Shown in pieces: positions 1 through 13,705 of a DNA stretch of 64,000 nucleotides. The notes beneath the pieces were generated by a model that was not told where the DNA came from, did not search any database, and saw only the letters and a list, made by a program, of their open reading frames with translations. The stretch's first letter is position 1. The number at the start of each line of letters is the position of its first letter. The stretch lies in assembly GCF_009914755.1 (NCBI RefSeq), contig NC_060929.1; one strand, 5' to 3'. This DNA is from the human T2T-CHM13v2.0 reference genome, Homo sapiens. The translations under genes and the position numbers were made by a program.

Positions 1-2886
1 AAAGGAAGCTCTGAGAGGATGAATGACTTACCTGAAGCCACACGTCAGTACATGCATCGGGCCCTGGCTCCCAATCTGTGATGGATCCGAGGATGGCACT
101 GCCTCTCCAACAGCCCCAGCCCGCAGCACTGACTTCATCAGGTAATCAAAATTATTTTCTTACCCCCCAGCTAAGCAGCTTGAAGGTTGAGCCAAAAGAG
201 GTCATAAAAAGTGCAGAGGTGATGTTGGAGGCAGGGGCACGAGGGTGTCCTGGGCTTGCAGCAGCACAAAGAAGAGATTCAAGGAAGCCAAAGCTTCCAA
301 TAGTGCACTGGAGTGGGCAAGGGGCAGAGGCACTCTGAAAATGGGTACGGGTTGGCTCAGCATTTCCACAATCGAGTCTCAGCCCACCTCTCTGCCCTCA
401 ACTCTCAATGCTCACATCCCTCCCTCAGCAGCTCTCTCTGCTGGGGACCCCAACACACACAGTCTGGGCCATTCTGCCAGCTTCCATGGCTTCCCCATGC
501 AGAGTCATTTGTCTCTTCCACCTGACGCCATCTCTCTTGAGCGCCAAGCCTCCAAAACCCAGCTGAAGTCACCTTGTCTGTGAATCTCTCCATCACTCCC
601 TTCTCACCACCTGCACCTGGGTCAGGAGACAGGGCATACGGGGAGGGATTCTCCTATTGCTAAGCCTAAAAAGAGGGCCAGAACAAGGGGAAAAAAACTT
701 TATTTCAAGGCTAATATATGCAAATTGTAATCTAATCTCATCATTTCATAGTTAGCAGAGCATGACAACAAGGAGAGAACAATTATCATAATTAATCGTG
801 AGGGAAATTGAACACGTTTTTGAATGCGAAGTTCTACCAATATTCAAAGGAAAATTCTTCTCAGATTCATCACATCTAAATGCAAGAGGGAACTCTGGGC
901 ATTGAGTAGAGTAAATCCCCTTCTTGTTTTTATTATTGTCAACAATTTCTTACATTTGCAAGTGCAGTGTAATATCATACAACCAAATTTCCTTAAGCCC
1001 CGCGTGCCTGGGAGTATAAATGAGGCCACTGAGAACAGTACTCATTCCAGCTGCACCGTCTCACCGCCCCCCACCCCCCATGCCTGACTGGTGACAACCA
1101 GCCCCAGCTAAGTCCCTACCCCAGGTATTTCCAGAAGGCCCCAGAGGACTCCCCCTTGTGTTCATGTTCTAGCTCTATTCCTGCCAACTCGGTAGCCTCT
1201 CCATTATTCCACTAAACTCCCCAGTTCCATCTTGAAAAATCATCCTCTGAAGCCTTAGGTCCATTTCTCCACTAAGCAGCACTCTGCTCCTCCATATGCT
1301 CCATATAACAGGCTGCCAGTCTCCATATGCTCTGCTGAACCCAGGAATTCCCCTACCGCCTGCCCCATAGTCCTCCTTGGCTTGCCAGCACATAGCAGCC
1401 ATAAAGGCAATTGGCGGGACCCAGAGGTTCCCACTGGGGCTGTCCCATTGCTCTGCTTGCTTGTTGGGTGACCTTTCCCCGCTCCCACGCCACTTCCGGG
1501 TAACTGCAGCAGGAACACTGGCATCACTGCTGCTCTTCTAAACATGGCGTTGGGCCCAGGCCAGCTGCTGGCTCTGTCACTGCAGCTCTCTGGGATCCCT
1601 CTGCTCTGGAGCAGCGCCTTCCTCACTGGCCAGGTCAGGCTGCTGGCTCTCTAAAGGCATCCCAAACATGCTCTGGGTCAAGAGGTGCAGGAACGCATGG
1701 CAAAGTGGAGTAGAAGAATGGCTCTGTCTCCTCTTTGCATGGGAAGGGGAGCCTACCTAGAGCTGCCTGGGCCCCAAGGTCCATCATTGGCTGTGATAGC
1801 TCCATCTCCTTTTTTTCACTAGAGCACCTGCATTCTCTTGCTAGAATCCAGACTTAACTACCAGGCAGCTGGTCTGGGGCAGATGAAGTAGTAGATATCT
1901 GGCTGTCCCATCTACTTAAAAGCCTCACTGCCCTCTAATTACTTCAGGCTAGGCAATAACTTTGCCCACCCTCTGGGGGGTCAGTTCTCTGCAAGGGTCA
2001 GTTCTTTGACAAATGTCTGGCAATCAGACAGATCTTACCAGGTCACTTAAGCAGCCATAGCCGGGGGCAAACTGGCTCCAAGTTCCCACTGAGATCATCC
2101 TATTAGAAATTACCATTAATAATATTTCACTAATTGAGCACCTACTCTGTGCCCGACAGTTTGCTCAGCGAGGGGAGGCACAGTTCCACACACAGGCAGA
2201 GACAGGGGCTCAGGAGGTTCAGGGTGGCTGAACCAAAACCTCGCAGCCAGTGAGGGCAGAGCTGGGATGCTGAGAATGAAGCCTTCCCACCCAGGCTCCA
2301 GGACTCCATGAAGAGAGTCTCTCCAAAGGCCCAAACACCATGCCATTGACAGAAGTCTTCCACTAAACCAGAAAATTAGCTCTGCTATTCCTGCCTATGT
2401 TTTCATTTCTGCTCAATTTCCTGAATATGAGGGAATTCTGAGAGAACAATGACCACTTTTGGGAACTAGATGAATCAAGGAGCATTTGAAAGTAAAATGT
2501 GAATTTGGGCTGAAATGCAAGTACTATTTCTAATCTTTGAGGCATATAATTTGCAAAGGAGCCTACCAGGCGTAGTGGGGGAAATGGATTTAGCATTGTA
2601 AATGTGGGCTCCTACTGGGATCTGCAGCCAAGCTCTGGTGTTAGGGATGGCGCTGTGGACCTGTACCAATTTACGCTGTGATTAGAATATTGATTTTACA
2701 TTATTCAGCAAGTATGGTAACACTCCACTGGGGCTTTGCCTTGAGCAATCTGGAATGTTTTCTAAGCACCAACTCTCTGGGCCACGCCCTGTCATGGGCA
2801 TTTACATTACAGAAATGAATCACTTTTCAGGGTCTCCTGGTCCAGAAGGGAGGCAGGCACAGAGGCAACCAATGACAGAAATAAGG

Positions 2887-3130
2887 ACAGCAGCTCCCGT
2901 GTGTTGACAGCTTCCATATTCCAGGTACCACATCTGTACTGTCATGCATGACCTTATTGGATCTTCACAACCTTGAGAGGAGTTTCCATTATTTCTCAGT
3001 TCAAAGACAGGAAACTAACTCTGCAAGAGTACAATAACCTGCCCAAAGTCACACAGGTGACAGGTGGGGAATCTAGAATCCCAACCCAGGTCTATCTGAC
3101 TTCAAACTTCATGCTATGAACACTACACTG
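2887..3130 (-). mobile_element. MIR SINE
   Basis: Degenerate MIR core: ggaaactaactctg...aacctgcccaaagtcacacag...aacccaggtctatctgacttcaaa. Confidence 0.65.
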
Positions 3131-3139
3131 TCACAATCA

Positions 3140-3660
3140 CAACACAGCATGCCAAGAACCACTCTGGAGGGATTTGCAGAGTACATCACAGCCTGGAGGG
3201 CGGGAGGACATAATTCAATGGGAGAGTGAAGTGGGCCAGTGGAGGGAGAGAATAGAGGGGAAGAAAAGCTTCCTAGAGGTGGCTGCATTTGAACTTAACT
3301 TAGAATTTCAGTGAGTTTTTGCGGTGGATAAGGGGTCACGCTGGCATCCTAAGCACTGGGAACATAGGCAAAGGCAGAGAGCTTCAGAGTGCACGGCAGA
3401 CTCATGGGGAAACAAGCAGCTTTGAATGGCTGGAATGTAGGTGATTGGGAAGGGGTGTTTGCTGCAATGAGGTTGGCATAGAAGCTGGAGCAGAGGGTCT
3501 TGGAGGCCATGCTGATGGGGCTGGATTTTGCCCTGGGAGGACTGGGAAGCCAGTGGGTGACGTAGGACATGGGATCCATCTGATGAGGGTTGTTACTTCC
3601 CTAGAAAACTCACTCTGGAACATGTAGTAGAGAATGCATTGATGAAGGGAACAGCTGGTA
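3140..3660 (-). mobile_element. L2 LINE fragment
   Basis: gcttcctagaggtggctgcatttgaact and ggattttgccctgggaggactgggaagcca resemble the L2 antisense consensus; boundaries approximate. Confidence 0.45.
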
Positions 3661-3860
3661 AGCTATGAAGGCAGCAAGGGTCTGGGATATGCCACCCAAC
3701 TTGTTGCACCTCTTAACAGTGGAACAGAAATATTCTTCTTAAGGTCATGTGCATCTCTTTCTGGTATGAAATATAACCTGGTCAAAAAGGCCCAAAAATC
3801 TTTCCAGAGAAAGAATTTAAATGGTCTAAGAGAATGATTCTTAAGAAGGCCATCCTCGAG

Positions 3861-4162
<302 letters not shown>

Positions 4163-4574
4163 CTAAAGTCTTGTAAGTTATGAAGTTATACTAGAAAGAC
4201 AAATGAAAACACTGACAATTCCACAGCAAAGCCTGCTGCGGACACGAGCAAGACTGACCTTTTAGGTCCTGGAGAGCTGGGATAGCAGGCATGTGTCAGA
4301 GTCCTGGTGATATGGGGAAGATAATCTCATCAGAGCTCCCAAGTCTGAATAGCATTTTCCTTACTCACTGTTCAAAACCTGAGATTGTAGCTCTGGGCTC
4401 CAAGTACTGCCAGAACAGCCTGTCATATTTTTGTTTTAAAATGCTAGGGATTTTGCATTTTGCTGACATGCCAAGGAGACACTGGCTTTTGAGAGAGATC
4501 ATTTTGTAAAATCACATTTCTTATTCTAGGACTAAAACATCCATCACATCAAAGGGCATAGGAAAAGTCAAAAG

Positions 4575-4602
4575 AAAAAAAAAAAAATATATATATATAT
4601 AT
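4575..4602. repeat. (A)n(TA)n microsatellite
   Basis: A-run followed by about 8 TA units. Confidence 0.85.
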
Positions 4603-5491
4603 GCTTTATATTGTGCCCAACCTGAAAGGATCATTTGTTTTGCAAATTCCTTCCATGCTGTGCTATGTGCAGACATATTTCTTATAAAATTGTCATTTTA
4701 GAACACACAGCATCATTAGAGGGTGGTAAAAAGCCGGCAGTGAACATCTTCCACTGTATAGCATTTCCTTAGGAAATATTTCAGGAAGATAAAAAGAAAA
4801 ACAAAACTTAACAAAATATGAGCTTCGAAGTTAGGAAGACCCCAATTCTGCATGAGCTGAGGCATGTGAATGGGTTTCCTCATCTGCGGGAGGGCATGAT
4901 GGAAGTCTCCGCTATGATGAATGCTGTGAGAAAGAAAGGGGAGAAAGGCCGTGGGGTACCCCACACAGTATCTACACCAAACGTCAGCAGGTGTGACTAC
5001 AGCCATTACTATTGCTGAAATAACCATCTGCATATCAGAACATTCAGAAAATGCAGATATGCTAAAAGAAAATTTTTAAACCATGTATATATAACTTCAC
5101 TGATCAAAATAATACTGTGCACATTTTTACACTGTGCCTTCTACCATTTTTTACTATGCAAATATTTCTGAGTATATGTAGAGAAAAGTTTCTAAAAGAC
5201 CATACCGTACATACTGTTTTGCAGGTGAGCTCTTTAGCGCAAGGTTTTATGAAGGCAGTGAACTAGCACAAGCATTGCATCCACACTGTGAACTGAGTGT
5301 GAAGAGGGTGGGCCATGTACACAAGCAAACAGTATCTAGAGTTTCTGATTTCTTTCTCGGGCAGCAGCCAGCCATCTGTGCGACGGCTCTAAGAAAGAGG
5401 ATATGCCTGGGACTAACCGTAAATAGTAACTACTAACCCTTCACAGCACAATTCCACGTAGTAGAATTTCCTTTTTCTTCTTAGTAAGTGA

Positions 5492-5886
<395 letters not shown>

Positions 5887-6268
5887 TCAGGTGTGCCCCC
5901 GTGCTCTGCCTGCCTATAACCCATCCACTCTGAGACCTGCGGCTTTCTCCTGCCATGTCCCTTAGCACTCAGTCCTCTCTGCTATTGCCCATGCCCAGAA
6001 TTCCTTCAAGAACAACTATCTCCTCTCCCTCCCTAGGGAGCTTTGCTAACTCCAAGGCCTTCTGAGAAATGTCTTGTGCTATTTAGTGATGGCCTAGAAA
6101 TGGCTACTCTGCTATCTGGACCTATATGTTATTTACCGTCCAACGTGCAAAACTCTACTTGGGCCTAACAAGGAGGGTCGTGCTCCACCCCCTTCACAGG
6201 GAAGAGTAACTTCCTATTGGAGGTCCCAAGTGAAATCAGATTCCCGAAGGAACTGGGTGCAATCTGAA

Positions 6269-6569
<301 letters not shown>

Positions 6570-6949
6570 ACAATCTGAATTTATAAGACAGGCTGCCCTA
6601 AAGGCGCCTCAGCGTTGGGTCCCACCTGAAAGAAATACAAGTACCCTTACAAAGGTCTTGCAGAGGAGACAGATCTGTCTGCCAACGTCTCTTAAGGAGC
6701 GCACAAAGGGGAAACTGTTGGCACAAAAGCAAGCAAGTTTCCTTTAAATTTTTTTTTTACTCACCAAAATCCGTGCCTCCTAGCCCCTGCGTCTTCTCCC
6801 TTTCTTTCTCACACCTCCCTCCCAAAGTCTCCGCCTCCCCAGCTCCCCTCCTCCACACCCCCACATCAGGTGTTTTGTTCCCTAAGCGCCAGGCGCCCTT
6901 GCTGTGGAAGATCTCCGTGCCAATCGCCATCACCAGTATCCTCAAAAAC

Positions 6950-8250
6950 ACACGAAAAGATATGGAAATTAGATGCTATAAAAAGAAACAGAATAAAAAG
7001 ATCTTGGGAAAAGCAGAAATTAGAAACTCAATAGAAGGGTTGGCAGACAGAGTTGAGGAACCCCCTCAAGACCCCCCAAATGAGACCAAAAAGAATTTTC
7101 TTTTTTAAAAAGAGGCATCCAGAAATCCAATGTTCAAATCATAAGAACCCCAGAAAAGAAAGGAAAAGAGAGAGAGAGAGAGAATAAAAGGGAGCAAATC
7201 TTTATGAAAATAATTCAAGAATATTTTCCAGACAAACAGAAGAGTCCGGACTGAGAGAACCCACCTTATGGTCAAACCTAGCACTAAAGCACATAATGGT
7301 GAAATTTCAGAACACTGGGGAAAAATACATCTCTCAGGTTTTCAGTCAGGAAATTGTCACATCCAAAAGATCAGGTTTAAGAATGGCTTTGGACTTTCCA
7401 GCTGCAAGCTAGGACATGATGGTGAATGCCTTCAAAATTCTAAAGAAAAATAAATTCTGGTGTAGAATTCTAGAGTCAGACAAGTTGCTAATCAGGTATG
7501 AATACAGATTAAGGATATTTTCAGAAATGCAAGGACACAGCACTCCTGTGCACCCTTTCTCAGGGAGCTGCTTGACAGTGTGCTGTTTCCAAAGGAGACA
7601 GCAAGCCCAGAAAGAGGAAGACACGGTGCAGGAAACAGAAGAGAAGTGGAGAACCCCTAGAGGATGGCAGACGGAGATGGCAGGAGGGCACTGTGAGCCA
7701 GTGGAAGAGGCAGAATAATAGACCCACTCAAGAAGATGAAACCCATAGACAATGTGATTCGAGAAAACATCTTGAGAGGAGATTTAGTGAACCGGCAAAC
7801 AGTTTAAGCTTGAAATGGTGATAACTATGTAGAAAAACAAATCAAGCAAACACCAACAATTACCACTGAGGGACTTATCACATGACTCAGTCAGGAAAAA
7901 TATTTGCAAAGTCAACCTATTACAATATATAGATTTTATTTACATTTGATTTGAAAGGGAAAAGTGAATCATAAAAATGTGTTCAATAGAAACGAATGGA
8001 GTGAATTAAGAAAGAAAGACAAGCAGTGAGAAAGAGGATAGAGAATGGAAAGTAAGATACAGCATGGTAGAAATAGATTCAAAAATACAAACACACTGTA
8101 TGTCAAAAGATTAAAATTGTTGTTAATAACACAGAGATGGTCATGTTGGATAAGACAAAGGCTAGCAATATTCTGTTTTATAAGATATTAAAATGGCACA
8201 GCCAGGTTGAAAACATAGGGATAGGGTGCAAGATACACCAGTCAAATAAT
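6950..8250 (+). mobile_element. Ancient L1M (or HAL1-like) fragment: ORF1 region and ORF2 start
   Basis: ORF 7416 peptide NAFKILKKNKFWCRILESDKLLIRYEYRLRIFSEMQ aligns with ORF1p PIFNILKEKNFQPRISYPAKLSFISEREIKYFTDKQ of the L1 in this window; 8060-8250 resembles the endonuclease N-terminus. Confidence 0.65.
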
Positions 8251-8257
8251 CATCTAA

Positions 8258-8476
8258 GCTAGAGACAAAATTTTCTCTGTTAAGGGCCTGATCATAAATA
8301 TTTTAGGCTTTGCAAGCTGTAAGTCTTTGTTGTAGCTATTCACTTCCTGCCATAGTACAAAGAGCAGCTATAGACAATAGTAAATGAATGGGTGTGGCTG
8401 TGTTCCAATAAAACTTTATTTAAAAACAGAGTCATCAGGCTGGATTTGGCTCAAAGGTCAGTGTGCTGACCCCTGA
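8258..8476. mobile_element. MER58A-like hAT-Charlie MITE
   Basis: taaatattttaggctttgc...tgggtgtggctgtgttccaataaaactttattt...gctgacccctg terminus. Confidence 0.75.
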
Positions 8477-8479
8477 TGG

Positions 8480-8980
8480 AGTTAGTCCCTGGCCATCTCT
8501 CTGGCCTTACCTCCTTCCCCTTCTCCATGCTCTGACCTGCTCACCTCTCCACACTTCGTTCTAGGCACTTCTGCCCTTCTGTTATTAAACCTGTGAAGCC
8601 TTTTCCCACCTTGGGCTTTTGTTTTCACTGTCCCCCACTACCTGGAACATCCTTGCACCAGATTGTCCCCAGACCCACTTACCCATTTCATGCAGGAATC
8701 TGCTCAAATGTCACCTCCTCGAAGAAGTCTTCCTTGATCTTTCGATCTAGATATCAGCCTCCTCCACCGCATCAGACTTTATCTACTCACCTTGAATTTA
8801 CTTTTTGCTAGTACACTCATGACCACCTGACATATCACATATTTACCCGTTTTCTTGATGCCCTGTCTTCCCAGGGCTGTGTCTACTTTGCTCACCCTTG
8901 CATCCCCAGAAAACTGCCTGGTACATATCATTAGGTCTCAAGAAATATTTGTTGAATCAGTGAATGAACAAATAAATAAA
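8480..8980 (+). mobile_element. L2 3' end
   Basis: gctcaaatgtcacctcctc...aaatatttgttgaatcagtgaatgaa terminal motif. Confidence 0.75.
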
Positions 8981-9884
8981 TAGCTTTAACAAGAGGCGTA
9001 TTAGAAAACTCCTGTCAATGAAGGACTCTTGCATTTTCTTTTACTCTAGAAGAGTGAATTCTATTGTATGGCAGTCTAATTTTTCTTCATCAATGATGTG
9101 ACGAATAGTGGAGGAAAATGAAAATCTACCCCTCACAGCTTTACCAACAAATGCTGCAAAAACCTCCCCCTCCAGAAGGGAGCTTTCTTATACATGCTTA
9201 AGCCCTGGTCACGTATCAAACATAAAGCAGGCTACTTTTAATTTTTTAAATGATTGTTCTTAAAGATTATTCTAGTTCTTTATAGAATCTGTGTCATTAA
9301 AGATGAAAGACCACTAGACCCTTCTTACTCAACCCTCTATTCCCAGAGAGGACAGTGAGCCCAAAGAGGACAGGGGACTCCTCAAGCACACAGAGCAGGA
9401 ACATGAGGGCTTTGACCAGCATCCTCACAGTTAGTCCAGGGCCGAAGCTTTGCACTCCAAGATGACACATCTTCAGAAACATGCCTTTTTTAATCCTGAA
9501 AGCAGCATTTATAAGAAAACGGATCTAGCTATTAAGTGTGGAGCTTTAATGTCTAATGGATTCTTCCTGTCTCTCAGTTATAAATAATCAGAGAATGAAT
9601 ATACTCCCCACACCTTTTTTTTTTTAAGTCCCCGTTGCATGAAATTATTCTTATCTTTCAAACAAAAAGGCTGGCTTTGGAGTTTAATTAGCTAATCCTT
9701 GGTATCTTACATCATAACTAGTTGTCTTTCCAATGTAGATGTAACATCACTGAAATGTTTACCAGGGAGTGTCTTTCATCCAGTTTTCAAGCCACTTTTC
9801 TCTTATTCTGAGTATCTGAAGTAGAAAGAGCTTCTTAATCCTTTTGCTGCTTTTTCCAGTCCCTGCTGAGGCTGGAGAAGGAAA

Positions 9885-10148
9885 TAAAGTTTACTGAGAA
9901 CCTGCAGTCTACTCTGTTGTGAGCATTTTATAGACATGATCTCATTTAATCCTCATTGCAGCCCTTTGAGGATTTTATTTTTGTTTTACAGATTAAGAAG
10001 CACTGGGAGGGATAAATTTGATTTTTTTCAAGGTCAGGGAAGAAAAATGAATATAGGATTTAGAATCAGAGAGACTTAAGTTCAAGTTTCAGCTCCAGAC
10101 CTATCTAGCTATGTGACGCTGGGCACATCACTCAACTTCTCCAGCCTC
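9885..10148. mobile_element. MIR fragments (both orientations)
   Basis: atctcatttaatcctca...ttttacagat and ctagctatgtgacgctgggcacatcactcaacttctc. Confidence 0.55.
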
Positions 10149-10153
10149 CAGAC

Positions 10154-10362
10154 CAGTGCTGTCCAGCAGAACTTTCAGTGATAATGGAAATGTCCTACCT
10201 CTGTGCTGTCCTGTGCAAAAGCCATGAGCCACACATGCTATGGAGCTCTTGGAATGTGGCTAATGCAACTGAGGAAGTGAATCTTAAATGTTATTTAATT
10301 TTAATTAATTTCAAGGTGTATAGCTCCATGTAGTTAATGGTTACCACATTGGTGAGTGCAGC
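10154..10362. mobile_element. MER3-like hAT-Charlie MITE
   Basis: cagtgctgtccagcagaactttcagtgataatggaaatgtcct...aatgtggctaatgcaactgaggaa. Confidence 0.75.
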
Positions 10363-10379
10363 TGCAAGTAGTATTCTCT

Positions 10380-10980
10380 TAGACTCTGGCAAGAGGGGCC
10401 CATACCCTGGGCCCTGCACTTTGGAAGACTACGTGGCTTTACTGTTGCCATGGTTCTCCATACAGAGTAAGGAGGCCACATGCCTAACTGACTGCACCTC
10501 TTCCATACTTCTACACCATGCCCTGGGTATCTAAAGCCATAATCTGGAAGTCCTGCCCAAACAGCTCAAGTCCACTTCCAGGGCTTCCGGGACCTCTTCC
10601 CTATTTCCATGCTTCCAAGGGGGATCTATACCTGTGGTATGCACACCCCTAGCACAAGGGACATCCAAGAAGTGGCCATTGATGGAACGTCAAAACAGAG
10701 CATAGACATATTGGCTGGTGTATCCACATGGAAGTGTGCAAGGCCCTTTGGGAGACTAGATGGGGCCATAGGTGGGAAGAGAAGGGAGGAGACCTCAGGC
10801 TGGGTTCCAACCCTCCCTGAAATAGCAACGGCCAGTGTTGGGGGAACTTCCCCAAGAACCTCCCAATACATTCCCTTTGGCCTAAGGTTTGGAGTGTAGT
10901 GGGCCAATTGTTGGTCTCTCACACTGAAATCTGTTATCTTTCCAGGGTAGGTATATAGTTTTTGCTACCGTTTGTAACCA
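10380..10980. mobile_element. Possible old hAT-Tip100 (MER91/MER115-like) element
   Basis: ggcaagaggggcccataccctgggccctgcacttt resembles the MER91-type subterminal motif from memory; weak support. Confidence 0.25.
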
Positions 10981-12989
10981 AAGAATACTATTATACTATC
11001 CTTATCTCCCAGCAGCAGCTCCCAGCCCAGAAGATTCTTTTGTGAGAAGTCATCGTGCCTCCTGCTTCTTCGTTTTCAGAAATCCTTACGTTCTGCCTGC
11101 TTCCAAGCCTTCCTCTCCAGCCTGTCATCACTGTGCTCTGGGGACCCACTCCGGTGAACAGCCCCACACCCTCTCCGACCCTCCATCATGCAAGACTGGA
11201 AGTCATCCTGGGCCCTCCTCCATTATCCGTCACATGTGGTCATTCCCAGAGTTCTGTCCATCCATCCCTGTACCTGGATCTCAGATTGATCCTTGGTCTC
11301 TGGGGGACATGTGGATTCAGTTTTTGGCTCTGCCATTCCTGTGGTGGCTGCTGTATCATAGAAGAATAAGTGGTTGTTGCAGTTGCTGCACACCCCAAAG
11401 GCTGAGCACCGGTAAAAGCCAACTCCAAGGCCTATGAATGTTTTTTTCTTAGAACAAAGAATCCCTTCTTCTATACCAAGATTAAGGTAAAAACTAAGTA
11501 GAAGTTAACTTGAAAAATCTGTGTTATATTTTCCTAAAATGTTCCCTTCTGAAAGTTCATCAGATGATAGTTTAAGTAAAGCCTTCTGCCTAAACTATAA
11601 TTGCTTGGCCACTGGCTCCTGGGGAAAGAGATAATAAGATTTTCATTATAAATCCTCCATCTTAGTAGTTTTTTTCTATAAAATTCAAGGGCAGAGATGA
11701 TTTTTGAATGAAAGGGAACCCAGAACGAAATCAAACAAGGATGTAATTGCCTGCAGCCCCTCTAAGTAGGTATGCTGTTGCCTAACCTGTGCCCTCCTGC
11801 TAGCAAGCACTTCCTCCTTTAGCTACTGATGAACTCCTCTTCATCCTTCAAAACCCTGCTGGAGTGCCATCCCTTTGTGAACTTCACCCACACACACATC
11901 CACTGAGGCAGGTGCCGCTTTCTGTTACTTCCTGAAGCTTCTTATACAGACCTCTCTTACCACACTTTGCATGCTACTTTGGAATCTATTCATTTACATA
12001 CAGCAGACAATGATTTCCTGCAAGGTAGAAGAAGTGAGAGAAAGTGAGGGAAGGACACAGTTCTTATAGTCAGTTAAATAGTATTAAAGAAACAAATTTA
12101 TCTGTCAGTCTTGCTGGGTCCCCAAGGGCTTGGGGCATGGGGAAGAGGAAAAAGAGAAGGAAGAGGGTGAGAATGAGATGGAAAGCAGGACCATCATGGA
12201 AGGAATTCACGAGTGTAGCCTTTTTAGGTTACAGAAAGCAGCATCCAAAGTCATGAGGAGGCAAGACTAGGAGGAGCTGAAGCAGCTGGGGCTCCGGGGA
12301 CCAGCATGTGGCTCTTTTGGTCACATGAGCTGGGAACCAGGGGCATAGGAAGCAGCATCCAGGACCCAGAATAATGAGGCTGATGAGGATTAGGCCAAGC
12401 ATCTAGGCTGTTACTGAAAACTTTAGTGAACATCACTGCGTTCCTGGCTTTGTGCTGGAAGAAACAGAAGGAATCAGACATGGTCTTCCTCAAAGTTGAA
12501 GCGATTCCTCCAAAACTGACCAGGCATGTAAAAACGGCAATGACAGTGGGGCACGGTCAGTGTTGTGAAGGTGGAGTGGACAACGCATTGCAGGAGCTCA
12601 GAGGCAGAACTCACCCACTGTGCAAAGGTGCAGATCAGCGCTCCTAACCCATGGGGAAGCTGAGAAAGCAGCCAACTCCTACAAGCCTTGCCCCTCCCAC
12701 CCAGGGCTCTGGGCTGTGCTTCTTCTGAGAGGCAGCATCCTGAGGAAGGGCTGCATGGAAAAGTTGCGGTGGATAAAAATCACAGGAGTTATCCATCCCC
12801 AGGGGCTGAGTGGAATGGGAGGATGGTGGACACATGAAGTTTACTGAATGGAGATGAAGAAAGCAAGTAAGAGCATGAAGTCCCCAAAATAAGGGAATCC
12901 GAGAGAGTAAGGCAGGAGCCAGAACCTCTCCAAGCTAGCCCAGCCCAGGGAGAGGAAAGAGGCACCATGTTTCTAAAGACCCATGAAGT

Positions 12990-13140
12990 GTTTCTCAGGC
13001 TTAGGTGAACATTGGAACCACCTGTGGAGTTTAAGTACCGATGCCTGAGTCCTTCACAGAGCAGGGAATTCATTGGTTTGGAGCCAGCCTGGGTATTGGG
13101 ATTTTAAAAAGCTTCCCAGGTGATTCTAAGGCAGTTGAGA
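12990..13140. mobile_element. MER5 hAT-Charlie MITE
   Basis: gggattttaaaaagcttcccaggtgattctaa...gttgaga motif. Confidence 0.65.
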
Positions 13141-13177
13141 TTTTTAAAAATTACTTATTTGAGGCAGGATGATATCA

Positions 13178-13408
13178 AATCTTTCTCAGGTGGAAAGGAA
13201 GGGAGGTGTTTAGAGGTAGAGGTGGAAGTGACGTGATCAGATGGAGGTGTGGAGAGCTCTTTGGGCACTGCAGAGTGGATGGCTGGGAAGGGACTGCATT
13301 CCTGCAAGGGACCTCTTGGAAGCCCCTCTCACCAGCTATGCCTGTTCTACCATAAGACATGTTCCCCATTGAGCACCTCTGCCATTGGTTAAAAAAAAAA
13401 AAAAAAAA
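13178..13408 (+). other. Unidentified retroposed insert (poly(A) tail plus probable TSD)
   Basis: A18 at 13391-13408; flanked by aggatgatatca (13166-13177) and aggaatgatatca (13408-13420); body matches no repeat or small RNA that I recognise. Confidence 0.55.
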
Positions 13409-13705
13409 GGAATGATATCAGGATACGGCAAAAGGCTCGTTATTTTATACTTACTTTTTCCCAGCATCTTAATGACTTATGCCACTCAGTAGTCACAGCT
13501 GAACACAAAACGGAAAGTACACCAACACAGCTAACTACAGCCCTGTTACATTTTTTAACTTTATTACTTAAATTATCATACAGTAAACTTAGTTTTTTTC
13601 TTTTAGTGTAAGGCTCTATGAATTTTAATGCACCCATTTGTGTAACTGCTGGTACTATCAGGACACAGAAGAGTTCCACCATCCTAGAAAAATTCCCGCC
13701 TACTC

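Noticed and set aside
1978-2005. Direct repeat GGGTCAGTTCT x2 (nuclear-receptor half-sites)
   Set aside because: 11-nt spacing is not a standard response element; likely a small local duplication
1-2700. Many overlapping 60-120 aa ORFs in GC-richer unique DNA
   Set aside because: No recognisable domains; mutually overlapping on both strands, as expected for chance ORFs
5212-5230. ttttgcag|GTGAGC recursive-splice-like motif
   Set aside because: Short pyrimidine tract and no evidence of a host transcript
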